A stretch of DNA of 63,027 nucleotides, the filler included, from Octopus bimaculoides (lineage: Eukaryota), in NCBI RefSeq assembly GCF_001194135.2. It is 4 parts of 3 records of this genome, joined end to end, with 100 filler letters (N's around TTAATTAATTAA, not from the genome) between each part and the next. Parts side by side here need not be neighbours in the genome. Positions count along the whole stretch, not along the records: positions 1 to 29,902 come from NC_068984.1; positions 30,003 to 46,536 come from NC_068996.1; 2 more parts are not named here. One strand, given 5' to 3'. Positions 24,751 to 37,150 of the stretch are shown piece after piece (positions within the stretch are counted from its first letter, which is position 1; every line of letters starts with the position of its first letter). The notes below the pieces were generated by a model, which was given only the letters and a program-made list of their open reading frames with translations, had not been told where the DNA came from and searched no databases. The translations under genes and the position numbers were made by a program.

Positions 24751-24901
24751 GAATATATATATACATATGTAAATATATATAAATAAGGATAAGATCGATA
24801 TTTAAAATATTGATTTTATCAAGTGGCCAGCATGGGAATAAAAACCATCAGCGTGGCGGTATCTATTAGATACCCTGTATTATAATTTTAAACATATGTA
24901 A

Positions 24902-24932
<31 letters not shown>

Positions 24933-25364
24933 AGATAATTTTATAACTTCATTAAACCAAAAAGCAATTTCGTTAAACTGAAGACGAAAAATAAAAATAG
25001 GGCTGCAGCTGGCTTGTGGTCAGGTGACACCAAGGTGAAAGGAGGAATAAATCAAAAGGTATAATGAATGACCACTCCAATTGGTTGTAATTAATCAATA
25101 TATAATATAATTAATAAAAAAAAAAACTGAGAAGAAAAAGACAAGAAGAAAAACACAATGCAAGGACGTGGTACATGCAATGTATTAATAAAGATGCTCA
25201 GAGAAGGAAAGAAAGAATGGTTGTTTTACATTTCAAGCAAAGTTCTTCTTCGAAAACAGGAGACATAGGAAAGTCCAACCTTTTATTCGTGTATATGTGT
25301 ATATTTTATACTGTTGGGTTTTACCATTGGGTGCCCTATTGTTTTAATATTTTAATTTATATTC

Positions 25365-25580
25365 AAAGTTGGCAAGCTGACAGAAACGTTAGCACACCGG
25401 GCGAAATGCTTATCAGTATTTCGTCTGTCTGTACATACTGAATTCAAATTCCGCCTAGGCTGACTTTGCCTTTCGTCCTTTTGGAGTTGATGGGTTAAGT
25501 ACCAGTTGCATACTGAGGTCGATCTAATCGATTGCCCCCTCCCCCAAAATTTCAGGCCTTGTGCCTAGAGTAGAAAAGAA
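25365..25580 (+). mobile_element. SINE family A (tail variant CCTAGAGTAGAAAAGAAT)
   Basis: GCAAGCTGACAGAAACGTTAGCACACCGGGCGAAATGCT...GACTTTGCCTTTCGTCCTTTTGGAGTTGAT...TTGTGCCTAGAGTAGAAAAGAAT. Confidence 0.85.
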
Positions 25581-25685
25581 TGTTTATATTCAATTCATGA
25601 TAATTTGGGAATGATATAAAGTTGTTTTGACCAATTGGAGCGTTTATTCATTCTACCTTTCGATATATTTCTACATATATATATA

Positions 25686-26058
25686 TAGGTGTTGCTGTGG
25701 AATATGAAGCTTACTTTCCAATCACATGATTCCAAGTTCAGTTCCACTGTGTGACAGCGTTGGTAGATGTCTTCTAGTATAGCCTCAGCCCGACCTAAAC
25801 CCTGTCAGTGGATTTTGTCGATGGAAACTTAAAGAAGCCCATCATATTTATATGTGTGTGTTTGCCTATGTGTGTTTATTTTTGTGCTTGTGCTTATGCC
25901 TTTCCACCACTGTTGGCTTGTTTATGTCCCCATACATTTGTGGTTCAGTAAAAGATAGCAATAAAATAGTACCAAGCTTTAAAAAATTCTGGGCTTGAGA
26001 TTTCTTTGACTAAATCTTAAGGTACTGCCCCAGCATGGTCACAAGTAAAAGATGAAAG

Positions 26059-26060
<2 letters not shown>
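25686..26060 (+). mobile_element. SINE family B, diverged
   Basis: Collinear with the other family B copies. Confidence 0.7.
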
Positions 26061-26105
<45 letters not shown>

Positions 26106-26137
26106 CAAATTTAATGTGTGGAACAAGTACAATATAT

Positions 26138-26220
26138 GCTACATATATTTCTTAAGTAACTGGAGTTTGTGATGCAATCGTTATGCAATAAGCTCTACTC
26201 AGCACAGCTAATCATCAGGC
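26138..26220 (-). ncRNA. Type I hammerhead motif with long stem II region
   Basis: Minus strand GC-CTGATGA-TTAG...(60 nt total)...CTTAA-GAAAT-ATAT-GTA-GC. Core nucleotides are intact, but stem I has only 2 bp and stem III has a U-G pair. Confidence 0.45.
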
Positions 26221-27129
26221 TGAGAATACCTTAATGAAAATAACATTGCTGTCTGGAATTTCTAAGTCAGCCACAATACAATGATGAGGTCAACTGAATA
26301 GAAAAGCTAGAAGTGAAAAAATAAAAAAATTAATAAAACAAAAATCAAGGAAGTAAGTTTAAAGAAAGCAAAGGGTGAGATCTAAATATGCATGAATGGG
26401 TGTGGTTTAGAGTTGAGGAGTAGGAAGAAAAGGAGAAAGAGAAGGAAAGAAAGAAGAAAAATAGAAAAAAAGATTGTTATCGTTATGGGGAATGTTTTGT
26501 GGTCATAAAAATTTATTCCAGAGATGTGATGACAGATTTTTACTGACTGTTGGCCAAGTTAATATGGGTAAAGGGGTGACTTTGTTTCACAATCGACACC
26601 AGTACACAGGCATGCCATATCATAATACATATACTCCCTACACATATCTAGATGCACACACACACACTCATACATATGCTCAAGCACACTAACTTACCCA
26701 CACATATCTAGATGCACACACACACACTCATACATATGCTCAAGCACACTAACTTACCCACACATAAAAATACTTTAGGGTATATGAACACAACACTCAT
26801 AATCATGCAGGCACCTACACATATATACATAGACATACACACATACATATATTACACATACATGCACATAAATACACATACATACATACATAAATATACA
26901 CNNNNNNNNNNNNNNNNNNNNNNNNNNNNNNNNNNNNNNNNNNNNNNNNNNNNNNNNNNNNNNNNNNNNNNNNNNNNNNNNNNNNNNNNNNNNNNNNNNN
27001 NNNNNNNNNNNNNNNNNNNNNNNNCATGTACATATAAATACACCTACACTTCTACATATGCTTATGTATACACACACACACACACATATATATATATGTA
27101 AATACACATATATGTGATATTGCCAGTAC

Positions 27130-28060
27130 ATCATCCCTGTAGAGGCTAAAGCTAGATAGGCTCAGAAAGGACTTCACAAGTACCACGAACTCCCTCGGAC
27201 TGAAAGTCACTATAGAGACCAACCTGAAAACAGATTTCTTTTACATGACCCTGGACCTGGAATCAGGTGCCTATAGACCCTTTAGGAAACCAAATGAGAT
27301 GTTGTCTTACATTAACACAGGTTCCTGCCATCCAGCCATAGTGTTCAGGAACCTGGTTAAAGTCATCAGCGGGAGAATCTCCAGCTTGTCTTCAAGCAGA
27401 AAGATCTTTGATGCTGCTGTCCCATACTACAACTGGGCTCTGGCTGCCAGCAGTTTCAAAGATAGTATTAGTTATATGCCAGACCCTAGCTCCACCAAGA
27501 GAAAGTGCCACCGGAAAGTACTGTGCTTCACACCGCCATTCTCTTTAAACGTTAGGACCAGAGTAGATAAGATCTTCCTTAGTTTAGTTGATAGACACTT
27601 CCCCCTACCAATAGATTCAACAAAATATTTAATAGACATACCCTGAGATTATCCTTTAGCTGTGTACCTAGTGTAAAAAAAAGATTTTTGTAGGTTGGCC
27701 TAGACCTGAGACTGAGGCAGGATGCTCATGCAGGGGTAACACAACTTGTCCACTAAGTGGCCACTGCAATATGGAAACAGTTGCTTATGAGACAGAAGTA
27801 ACAGCAGCAGGACCCAATAGACAACCTAGCATGTGGAAATATGTGGAGGCAACGGAAGGTCCATTCAGAACCTGTTTTAATAACCACAAGTTCTGATTCA
27901 ACATCCCAGAGAGACGTAATGCCACAACCCTAGCCAGGCCAACACCCAGATGTTTACCTGAATAGCAGGTACCTGCCTGCATGAAAGGAAGTAGATTCTA
28001 TCGTACCTGCACGCCCCACCATGACTGCAACCACAGGTCCCATGCCTCAACCTTCTGCAA
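27130..28060 (+). mobile_element. Penelope-like element: RT thumb, linker and GIY-YIG, decayed
   Basis: TLDLESGAYRPFRKPNEMLSYINTGSCHP...ISGRISSLSS...CFTPPFSLNVRTRVDKIFLSLVDRHFP, then YVEATEGPFRTCFNNHK near 27840. Confidence 0.85.
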
Positions 28061-28857
28061 ACGACCTTCCACCAGTGACCTTGAACCTGGCAAAAAGAGT
28101 TTGAACAAGACACACCAATGCACCCATATACACACATACACACCCCTATAAGGCAGACACCTTGTAAATAACTATCCCCCACCACTCCCAACACATACTC
28201 CCTCACACAAATTATACTCCCACAGATCCAACCCCACACACATTACACATTACACACCGCACACTAATGTAACAAAAACCCACAACTTTATCCTTTACAG
28301 AAAGAAAACAGATGAATGAATACAGCTATATATACCTACACACCTGGAAAAAAATATACATATGACACTGCTACACATACCACACACCTCATCCCCGCAG
28401 AGACACCACATTAGTAATACAGACTTTCCCTACTTCAAGATAAATCTTACCAGCTTCACAGCATACCCAACCAAGGGGCATAACTCCTAGCCCAATCCCC
28501 TGGACCTTTTTTCGTTTCACCACAGACCCTGTGTATCATGTCAGGATAGAGATGGGAATGATGATTTCCTTTTGCAAATACTGATCAGGCACAGACAGTG
28601 TGTTGTTAGCCAGCTGGAGGAGATGTCTTCCTGGGGTTATATTTCTCATAAGGGCACATGAAGCGCCTACCTGCTAGAAAGTGGAGTTAAAACCTCGACT
28701 TAACCACCAATGACACTGTAAAATTCAACAGATAACAGTAGTCGGGCAAACAAGCAAAAGAATTTGACATACCATCACAGCTTAATGCTATATAGTTTCG
28801 TATTTGGATATACTTGTCTCATGATTTTGAGTTATATATATATATGTGTGTGTGTGT

Positions 28858-29150
28858 ATCATCATCATCATCATCATCGTTTAACGTCCGTTTTCCATGA
28901 TGGCATGGGTTGGACGGTTCGGCTGGAGTCTGGGAAGCCAGAAGGCTGCACCAGGCACAAATCTGATCTGGCAGTGTTTCTACAGCTGGATGCCCTTCCT
29001 AATGCCAACTACTCCAAGAGTGTAGTGGGTGCTTTTTACGTGCCACCGGCACAGGGGCCAGAGAAGCTGGCATTGACCACGATCAGATGGCTCCTTTTAT
29101 GTGCCACCGGCATGGAGCCAGTCAAAGCGGCACTGGCATTGGCCAAGTTC
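28858..29150 (-). mobile_element. RTE family B 3'UTR and tail
   Basis: (CAT)n tail then CGTTTAACGTCCGTTTTCCATG...; same UTR as the other copies. Confidence 0.85.
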
Positions 29151-29902
29151 AAATCAAGACAGGATGCCCCTGGGAGCTCCTCTATGCTGATGAACTTGCA
29201 CTAATTGCTGAGTCACTATCAGAAGTAGAGGAGAAGTTTCAGGTGTGGAAGCAGGGACTAGAATCAAAGGGCCTTAGAGTTAACCTAGCTAAAACCAAAG
29301 TCCTAATAAGTTGGAAGGTAGACAAAACACAAACCCCTTCAGATAGATGACCCTGCTCGATCTGTAGAAAAGGTGTAGGTAGAAACTCTATAAGATGTAC
29401 CCAGTGTAAGCTATGGACACATAAGAGGTGCAGCAATATCAAAGGAAGGCTAACTAGCAATATAGTTTTTGTATCTGGCAGATGTTCAGGAGCAATAAAC
29501 ACTGAAAACGTGCAGAAAACAACTTTTTCCACACTCCAGGGAGAAAAACTAGAAGTAGTTGATAGCTTCCATTACATAGGTGACCAAGTTAGTAGCGGGG
29601 GAGGGTGCACTGAAAGTGTAGCTGCTAGAATAAGAATAGCCTGGGCAAAGTTCAGAGAGCTCTTACCTCTGCTGGTGACAAAGGGTCTCTCGCTCAGAGT
29701 AAAAGGCAGACTGTATGACGCATGTGTACGAACAGCCATGCTACATGGCAGTGAAACATGGGCTGTGACTGCTGAGGACATGCGTAAGCTTGCAAGAAAT
29801 GAAGCCTGTATGCTCCAATGGATGTGTAATGTCAGTGTGCATACTTGATAGAGTGTAAGTACCTTGAGAGAAAAGTTAAACCTAAGAAGCATCAGTTGTG
29901 GT
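29150..29902 (+). mobile_element. RTE family B RT segment, inverted relative to the adjacent 3'UTR
   Basis: KTGCPWELLYADELALIAESLSEVEEKFQVWKQGLESKGLRVNLAKTKV; EVVDSFHYIGD...RIRIAWAKFRELLP...LHGSETW. Confidence 0.9.
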
Positions 29903-30001
29903 NNNNNNNNNNNNNNNNNNNNNNNNNNNNNNNNNNNNNNNNNNNNTTAATTAATTAANNNNNNNNNNNNNNNNNNNNNNNNNNNNNNNNNNNNNNNNNN
30001 N
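29903..30001. other. Artificial scaffold join N44-TTAATTAATTAA-N43
   Basis: The same linker occurs at 29947, 46581 and 60072 and has stop codons in all frames. Confidence 0.9.
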
Positions 30002-30109
30002 NTATATATATAATATAAAGATATATAATCATAATGAAGGATACTTGGATTTTATATTTTTATGTATAATTATAAATCTTTATTAATTTTTACCTCTATT
30101 ATTTTTTTT

Positions 30110-30252
30110 TTCGTTTCCGTCAATCAAATCCGCTCTAAGACTTTGGTCGGCTCGAGGCTATAGCAGAAAACAATTGCCCAAGGTGCCGCGCAGGGGAACT
30201 GAACCCGGAACCATGTGACTGGGAAGGAAACTTCTTCCTGCACAGCCACACT
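30110..30252 (-). mobile_element. SINE family B, 5' part
   Basis: Reverse-complement match to the family B head. Confidence 0.75.
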
Positions 30253-30963
30253 TATGTTGATTTTGAATTTACCATTCATACCTCCAGTACAGTGATAATA
30301 AACCTGTTTAGCTTGATGCATTGAAATTTTACTTTCTTTAATAGCAGTGTTAGCGAAGAGTTACTTACAGATACACATGTATTTTAGATTTAAGTAAATG
30401 ATTATAGATAAAGAATTTTTATCAAATATCTATTACAGCTTGATTTTATTTTTCAAAATCAATATCGTAATCTCTAAGAATACAAAGGGGATAAACACCA
30501 TCACCACCACTAACAAAAAAATTTGTGAACTGAAATGATGAATTTTCATGTCAACAGTAGTACTAAATAAATTGTGGTTTGATAAAGGTGAACTTTATAA
30601 ATCTGCAGTTGTGTTTGTCTTCTCTCCTTCTTTCTTGATGATGGGTACTATAATTAAATTCCTGCTTGCCAGTTGATGATCATCCGTGATTTACTTTCTA
30701 TATTTAGACCAGTTGTGTTGAGATGTTTTTAAATGTTAATTATACTAAACTTCTAACGAACACTAATTACGTTCTGATGATGACTCTTATTTCAAACTAT
30801 TTTCAGATTTTGGAAATTTTGTTTCATTTTGTTGCAGCTTGCTTCTTTATTTCCTTCTTTGTTTGCTAACTAAAAAGCATGTTTGAATGTGTTTAAAAAA
30901 TTTCACCCGCTGCACGAATTAACTTCATGGAGAAGCAAAGAAGTTATTATATTTAATTTATCA

Positions 30964-32430
30964 AAGGGTAGCGAGTTAGCACAATCGTTAGCACACAGGA
31001 CAAAATGCTTAGCACCTTTTCGTCCGTCTTTACATTTGAGTTCAAATTCCGCTAAGTTCGACTTCGCCTTTCAGTGTTCATAAAATAAGTACCAGTTGAG
31101 CACCTTGATCGAAGTATTCGACAAATTCACTCCCTCAAAATGTCTGGCCGTGTGCCAAAATTTGAAACCCTTCGAACCAAAGGGTTCAAAGGCTGCCTTT
31201 GGTTCAAAGGCCTACATTAGGTACGTTATTAGTGTTGGAGTCCTTATTCGATTGTCGTTTTATTTTACTTCTATTCATAGAAGCTATACTAGATCCTAGA
31301 TGAGGCATTGCAGGCTGCCTTTAAACCAAAGGCAGCGAGCTGGCAGAGTTGTTAGCACGCCGGGCAAAACGCTTAGTGCTCTTTCGTCCATTTTTACGTT
31401 CTGGGTTCAAATTCCGCCGATGTCGATCTTATCTTTCATCCTTTAGGTTTTGACAAAATAAGTACCAGACAAGCACTGGGGTTGATGCAGACGGCTTACC
31501 CTCTCCCTTAAAATTGCTGGTCTTGTGCCAAAATTTGAAACTAATACATCAAAAAGCAGCGAGCTAGCTCAATCGTAAGTAGGCCTTATAAAATGCTTGG
31601 TGGCATTTTGTTCCTCTCTACGTTCTGAGTTCAAATTCTGTCAAAGTCGACTTTGCCTTTCATCTTTTCGGAGTTGAGAAAATAAGTACCAGTTGAGCAT
31701 CGGGTTCAATGTAATCGACTAATCCACTCCCTGAAAACTGCTTACCTTGTGCCAAAATCTGAAACTAATATATCAAAAGGCGGCGAGCTGGCAGAATCGT
31801 TAGCATGTTGGGCAAAATACTTGGCGACTTTCGTCTGTCTTTACATTCTGAGTTCAAATTCCGTCACGGTCAACTTTGCCTAACATCCTTTTGGAGGTCG
31901 ATAAAAGAAGCACCAGCTAAGCACCAGGGTCAATGTAATCGACTTACCCTTCCATGAAATTGCTGGCCTTGTGCCAAAATTTGAAATCAATAGAGGCGAA
32001 CTAGCAGAATCGTTAGCAAGTCGAAGAAAATGCTCGGTGGCATTTCTTCTGGCTCTTTACGTTCTGATTCCAAATAAACCATGTTTAACTTTGCATTTCA
32101 TCTTTTCGGAGTCGAAAAAATTAAGTATCAGTCAGGTACTGGGGTAGATGTATTCGATTAATCTCCTTCTCTCGAAATTATCTGGCCTTCTGTCAAAATT
32201 TTAGACAATTATTAAGGTGGCGAGCTGGCAGAACCATTAGTGTATCGGATAAAGTTCTTGGCAGTTTTTGTCCTGGCGCTTTACGTCTTGTATTCAAATG
32301 TTGCCGAGATCAACTTCACCTTTTATCATTCAGGGTAAAAAAAAAAATACCAGTGCAGGATCGTGGTTTATGTAATTGACCAACCGCCTTCCACTAAAAT
32401 TGTTGGGCCTTTGGTCAAAAGCTTGAAACA
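30964..32430 (+). repeat. Head-to-tail array of six SINE family A units (~220-bp period)
   Basis: Heads at about 30964, 31329, 31553, 31777, 31993 and 32214; each unit ends in a variant of CCAAAATTTGAAAC. Confidence 0.9.
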
Positions 32431-32499
32431 ATATTTAATATTGCAATGTTTTGAAACTAAATTGAGGTGATTTCAATTCCAAATTGGGCTATTTCACCT

Positions 32500-33260
32500 C
32501 AATCACGACTCTAATGCCATTCAGAAAGACATACACACAACAAAGTGTTGTGATAAAGAAAGTTCTAAATTCATTTTTGATTGGAAAGTGAACGAAACAG
32601 ATCTTAGATCAAATGAAAATGCCTGACAAGGAATTGCAATATATTAACATTTCTTCGAATGATCCTAGATTCACTATCAATAGCATCGTTACGACTATTT
32701 CCATTAGAATCTCAAATTTATCAATGAGGAGATTTTTAATCAACATGCCCCGGTTTACAAAAGCGCCCTGAAACTAAGTGGTTTTAGTGATCAAATTTCT
32801 TTCATACCTAACACGAAACTTAAAAGAAGATTAGCAAATACATCTCCTAACTTCCCTAAAACTATTAGCGCAAACCCTGTATTGACAAACATAGATATAA
32901 TAAGTCATCTGGCAATCATATCATACTTAGTGGAATACAACCTAGTAATAAATATAGTAAATACCATAAGTATAAACATCCTGATTCTGAAAAGTCTGGC
33001 ATGACTAAATCCAATTTTAAAAAAATGCGAAGTAATTTGGTTTGCCCCTCCTTTTTCTCTTAGAGTTAAGAACTTGCCTCAGTTGTTTTTCAAGATCTTG
33101 AAGGCTAATTTTCTCAAGCACCACAAGTATTACACAATTTGTAATATAACTTCGATAAAATTTTCCTACTCTGCAATGTCTCATCTAGGATCTATTATAG
33201 CTTCTATGAATAAAAGTAAAATAAAACATCAATCGAATAAGGACTCCAACACTAATAACG
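32500..33260 (+). mobile_element. Penelope-like RT thumb/linker remnant
   Basis: KMPDKELQYINISSNDP..ISIRISNLS/NEEIFNQHAPVYKSALKLSGF; IWFAPPFSLRVKN; FLKHHKYYTICN..IKFSYSAMSHLGSIIAS. Confidence 0.8.
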
Positions 33261-33559
33261 TACCTAATGTAGGACCTGGTAACAAGGACAAATCCAGAAT
33301 AATAAATTTAAGTAAATCTCAGACAGAACGTTTTATTGTAAAAATGTTTGACCGTAAAAAAAATTTGACAGTAAAATAAAATGAAAATTTGTGTATATGA
33401 GTATTTGGCTGTACGTTTACGTTTGTGTGTGTCTGTATGAGTGTTTACATGTCTGTTCCTGAGCATGTGTAATGTGTATGCGTGTGTTTACTTTTGCGTG
33501 TCCGTATGATATGCATATGTGGATGCCTGTGTCTGTGTGTGTGAATATATGCACACACA

Positions 33560-33615
<56 letters not shown>

Positions 33616-33699
33616 TTATCCGCTAATAATAAAATTTTCGAATCACATGCAACTTATTATAGGGCTGCTCCAGCTAGGGCCGGGTATCGTGAAAAAATT

Positions 33700-35090
33700 C
33701 AATATATGTAAGAAGCTGGCATACACAACACTGGTAATTCCTCCAATTGTGTTACACATTGTGTACCACCACGACGTCACGGAAGAATTGGTCATATCAA
33801 TGAACTACCAACGAAAACTCATAGACACACGCGACATAATAATCCAACTGCTTGTTCCAATCCTGTACCACACACTCGTCTGACAACAGATATAGGAAAC
33901 AAGATGTCCTCTGGTTCAACCCGATTTTCGGCTTGCATGTTTCAATCAAGATCGCCGGAAATTTTTTTGCTGCTTTGGACAAGTGTTTTCCTAAATCTAA
34001 TCGGTATCATGCTAACCAAGGAGATGTAAACCGCAATGACAAACACCAATTATGATCAATTTGTAGGAATAGAAATACTTGTGATACAGCTAACACGGTA
34101 ACAACGCCGGTAAATAGAGTCAGGACTGCCTTATATACAAATAAATACGATAAATGCTCATGCAGAGAAAAATCAAAATGTCCTTTGATGAATCTGTGCA
34201 TGAGTACAAATCTTGTATATAAATGTACCGTGCACACGAGGGGAGGGCCGTATGTTTACATTGGGCAGACGGCTGATTCATTTAAGAATCATTATCGTAG
34301 CCATGTTGCCAGCTTTAAGTCAATCAATAAGAAACATTCAATATCTTTGGCAGATTTTGTATGGCAACTGAAGGAGGATAAAATTAAAGTTGGTCCATAG
34401 TAAGATACGTGAAAACACACAATATAATTTCTAGGAGATGCCGTCTCTGCTCCGAGGAATCCCTGTCTATTCTCTGAACTAAAAAGATCATTAATAGAAT
34501 TTTTGAACAACTCTCAAGATGCCTACACGCATATAAATGTACTTTCGTATGATGCAGTGGGAATGAATTTTGAATAACCGTTGACATAATTTAATTTACT
34601 TTAAGGTATGGATGACTTAAGTTTACTTGTAACCTCCCCATTCTTACAAACACCAAGTAGATAGCTAACTCGAATTGTGATCATGAGTGCACCAAACCTC
34701 ACGTGTGCATATGCTCACATTTTTGCGGATGCTTGTATGAGCGTGTGTAATCGCGCCACGCAGCTTGTCCGAGGGTGTTTAATACACCCATATTTGTTAA
34801 CGGTTATTTTTAATAATCTTCTCGCTGGATTGCGTGTTCGTCTCTCTTTTTGCCATCTGTGGTTTTAATTTTGATCTTCTAAAAAATGAAAATATTTCCT
34901 CCGTCTGGCTACTTTTCTTTCTACAAAGTGGGAAGTTACATTGCGGAACAGTTATTTTAAACGAGTTGTATTTATTTATCACTCGACAAGATACATCTGT
35001 ACCGCCGGATGCTCCAGAATCAGTTGTTGAGTGTCCCACCCATGAGGAATCGATGCTAGATGTGTCAAAGCAATTGTCGTGATAAATAAA
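33700..35090 (+). mobile_element. Penelope-like element: linker, GIY-YIG and putative pseudo-LTR
   Basis: RKQDVLWFNPIFGLHVSIKIAGNFFAALDKCFPKSNRYH; YVYIGQTADSFKNHYRSHVASFKSINKKHSISLADFVWQLKE. The 3' boundary is approximate. Confidence 0.75.
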
Positions 35091-35269
35091 TTCTCCTATA
35101 TTCTATTTTCCGTTTTTCATTTGCCACACGCGCGCGCGTGTATGTATATAAGGAAACAACTGCCATAACTTTCAACATTCGTATCTGAAGCATTTTACTT
35201 AGTAATGCATGTAAAGAGTTGATTATGGTAGTAATGCGACCAAAATATTTATTTGAATGGCTACTGAAA

Positions 35270-35830
35270 ATTTAGGCTGTTGGTTTGACCCTCTGACTTT
35301 AAGTGCTCCTGTAGCGCTCCGGCCACTTCCTGAAAGCCCATAAGAGGCCTTCCAAAGTAAAAGAAACCAGGACCCTTGTCACTGCCTCATTCATCTTCAA
35401 AAACAACTGCCTCTGATGTTCTCCTTCAGCTTGGAGAAACAATCAAAAGTCGCAGGGAGCAAGTCTGGGATGTAAGAAGGGTGAGTGACAGTTTCTGAGA
35501 AGTTACTGGTTACCAGGATGCTCGTCACTGTGCACCCTAGGAACAAGGTTTGCACAAATTTTGCTCGTGTTCATGACTAATTTGCGAATGTTCATGAATA
35601 ATTCTGTGTACAGCTGCCATACCAACCCTAAACTGTATGCTTATTGTCTTTATTATAGACACATGACGGTCTTCATCCAGAAAATTACAAATTTTCTTTA
35701 CTAGCTTTGATGTTCTGACATCCGTCTGTCTGTCATACCTCTTATCGTCTCTCACCTTCACTCTACCGTCCGTGACCCCCTTGTGTTAGCGAAAAAGTTT
35801 ATTCATAAGCTGTCTGGAGCATTTCATAAG
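35270..35830 (-). mobile_element. Internally deleted mariner remnant
   Basis: VKKICNFLDEDRHVSI..ISIQFRVGMAAVHRII, KICANLVPRV, then PSYIPDLAPCDF. Confidence 0.75.
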
Positions 35831-35849
35831 TTTCAGTAACATTTTTGCC

Positions 35850-36410
35850 CAGTTTAACATAAAACTTTACAGGTGCAGTTGCAGACTTTTGTTGAAGGGA
35901 GCTGAGGTGAGAAGATGCATTCTCAATCCATGGTGCAATTGGAAATTTTCTAGCAGAAGTTTGCATTCCATAGTAAGTGCTTTAAAAGAAGTGCAGAGGC
36001 CTTGTGTGTCTGACGTTGTGGGCGTGTGCAATTGCTGGGGATAAGCAAGGACGATAAAATGCAAGGGGCATGAGAGAGTCTCTAAAAAGTGTTTTTTGGT
36101 CGGAGTACCTGATCATACTGAACAAACTTTAACTGCACTGATCCAAAGATGGATTTTACCTAGGACTCACACAGTCAGTGATGGCTGGCGAGCGTATAAC
36201 ATCGGTATCCTGAATGATGGTGTCTACACGCACGAGGTGATTATACACCAACAAAATTTTGTTGATCTCATGATCAACACGTCCACACACAAAATGTGGA
36301 AAATATTTGGATGCGAATAAAACGAAAGTTGCGACCACAGTTTAGGACATCGGACGAATTGTTTGTTTTATATTTGCATGAATTTATATGGCGTAGTTCC
36401 ACGGATAAAA
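35850..36410 (+). mobile_element. Merlin (IS1595/ISXO2-like DDE) transposase remnant
   Basis: HERVSKKCFLVGVPDHTEQTLTALIQRWILPRTHTVSDGWRAY...GVYTHEVIIHQQNFVD. Confidence 0.8.
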
Positions 36411-37035
36411 AGTGTTTATGCTGTGTAAAAAGTTGCTTCTTTTACTACTTATCTCCCCCTTAATTTTTATTTACCTTTTTAATATAACCATACTGAACAG
36501 TTACCCTTTATTGCATAGCAAGCTTTCGAATTGTCTTCACGTCTCATCTGTATTCTTCAAACTAGTCAGCTGTGACCAGCAGTGTTTAGTGGGATGTGTT
36601 TAAAGTGCCATCACCCTCAATCTGGAATAAGAAAAGTCGGCAGGTCAGCTTATTAGATGTATGGTAATGATATACTAAAATTACGATAATCTAGAACGGT
36701 AATAACTGCAGCTGGATCTTCTAATGAAAGTCTCAAAACTTCTGGAATGCACTTCATAATTCATGGTTTATACGAAGTAGGTTCAGCGTTGTCTTGTATA
36801 TTAATGGGGATTGATTTACGAGGAGGAAACTAACTATCGATTTATTCGGATTCTGAGTCGTTTCTGTGAGGTGTAATTCTTCCAGTATAGGCACCCATGC
36901 AATAAGAATTGAAGCTGCACTGGGGTACGCAAATATTATTCGATCCTCTTCGTTTCCGACAAACAAACAGGGCACACTTCTGGTTGCATAACAATGCATA
37001 ACAACACTTGCGCGCGCGCACACACACACAGACAT

Positions 37036-37088
<53 letters not shown>

Positions 37089-37098
37089 NNNNNNNNNN

Positions 37099-37150
<52 letters not shown>

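Noticed and set aside
26641-26766. Exact 60-bp tandem duplication
   Set aside because: The copies are identical, low-complexity and close to a gap; probably an assembly artefact or trivial slippage.
29947-29958. TTAATTAATTAA as a homeodomain site or piggyBac target
   Set aside because: It is an artificial scaffold linker.
30964-32430. CRISPR-like array
   Set aside because: The sequence is eukaryotic, the units are whole ~220-bp SINEs, and there are no unique spacers or cas genes.
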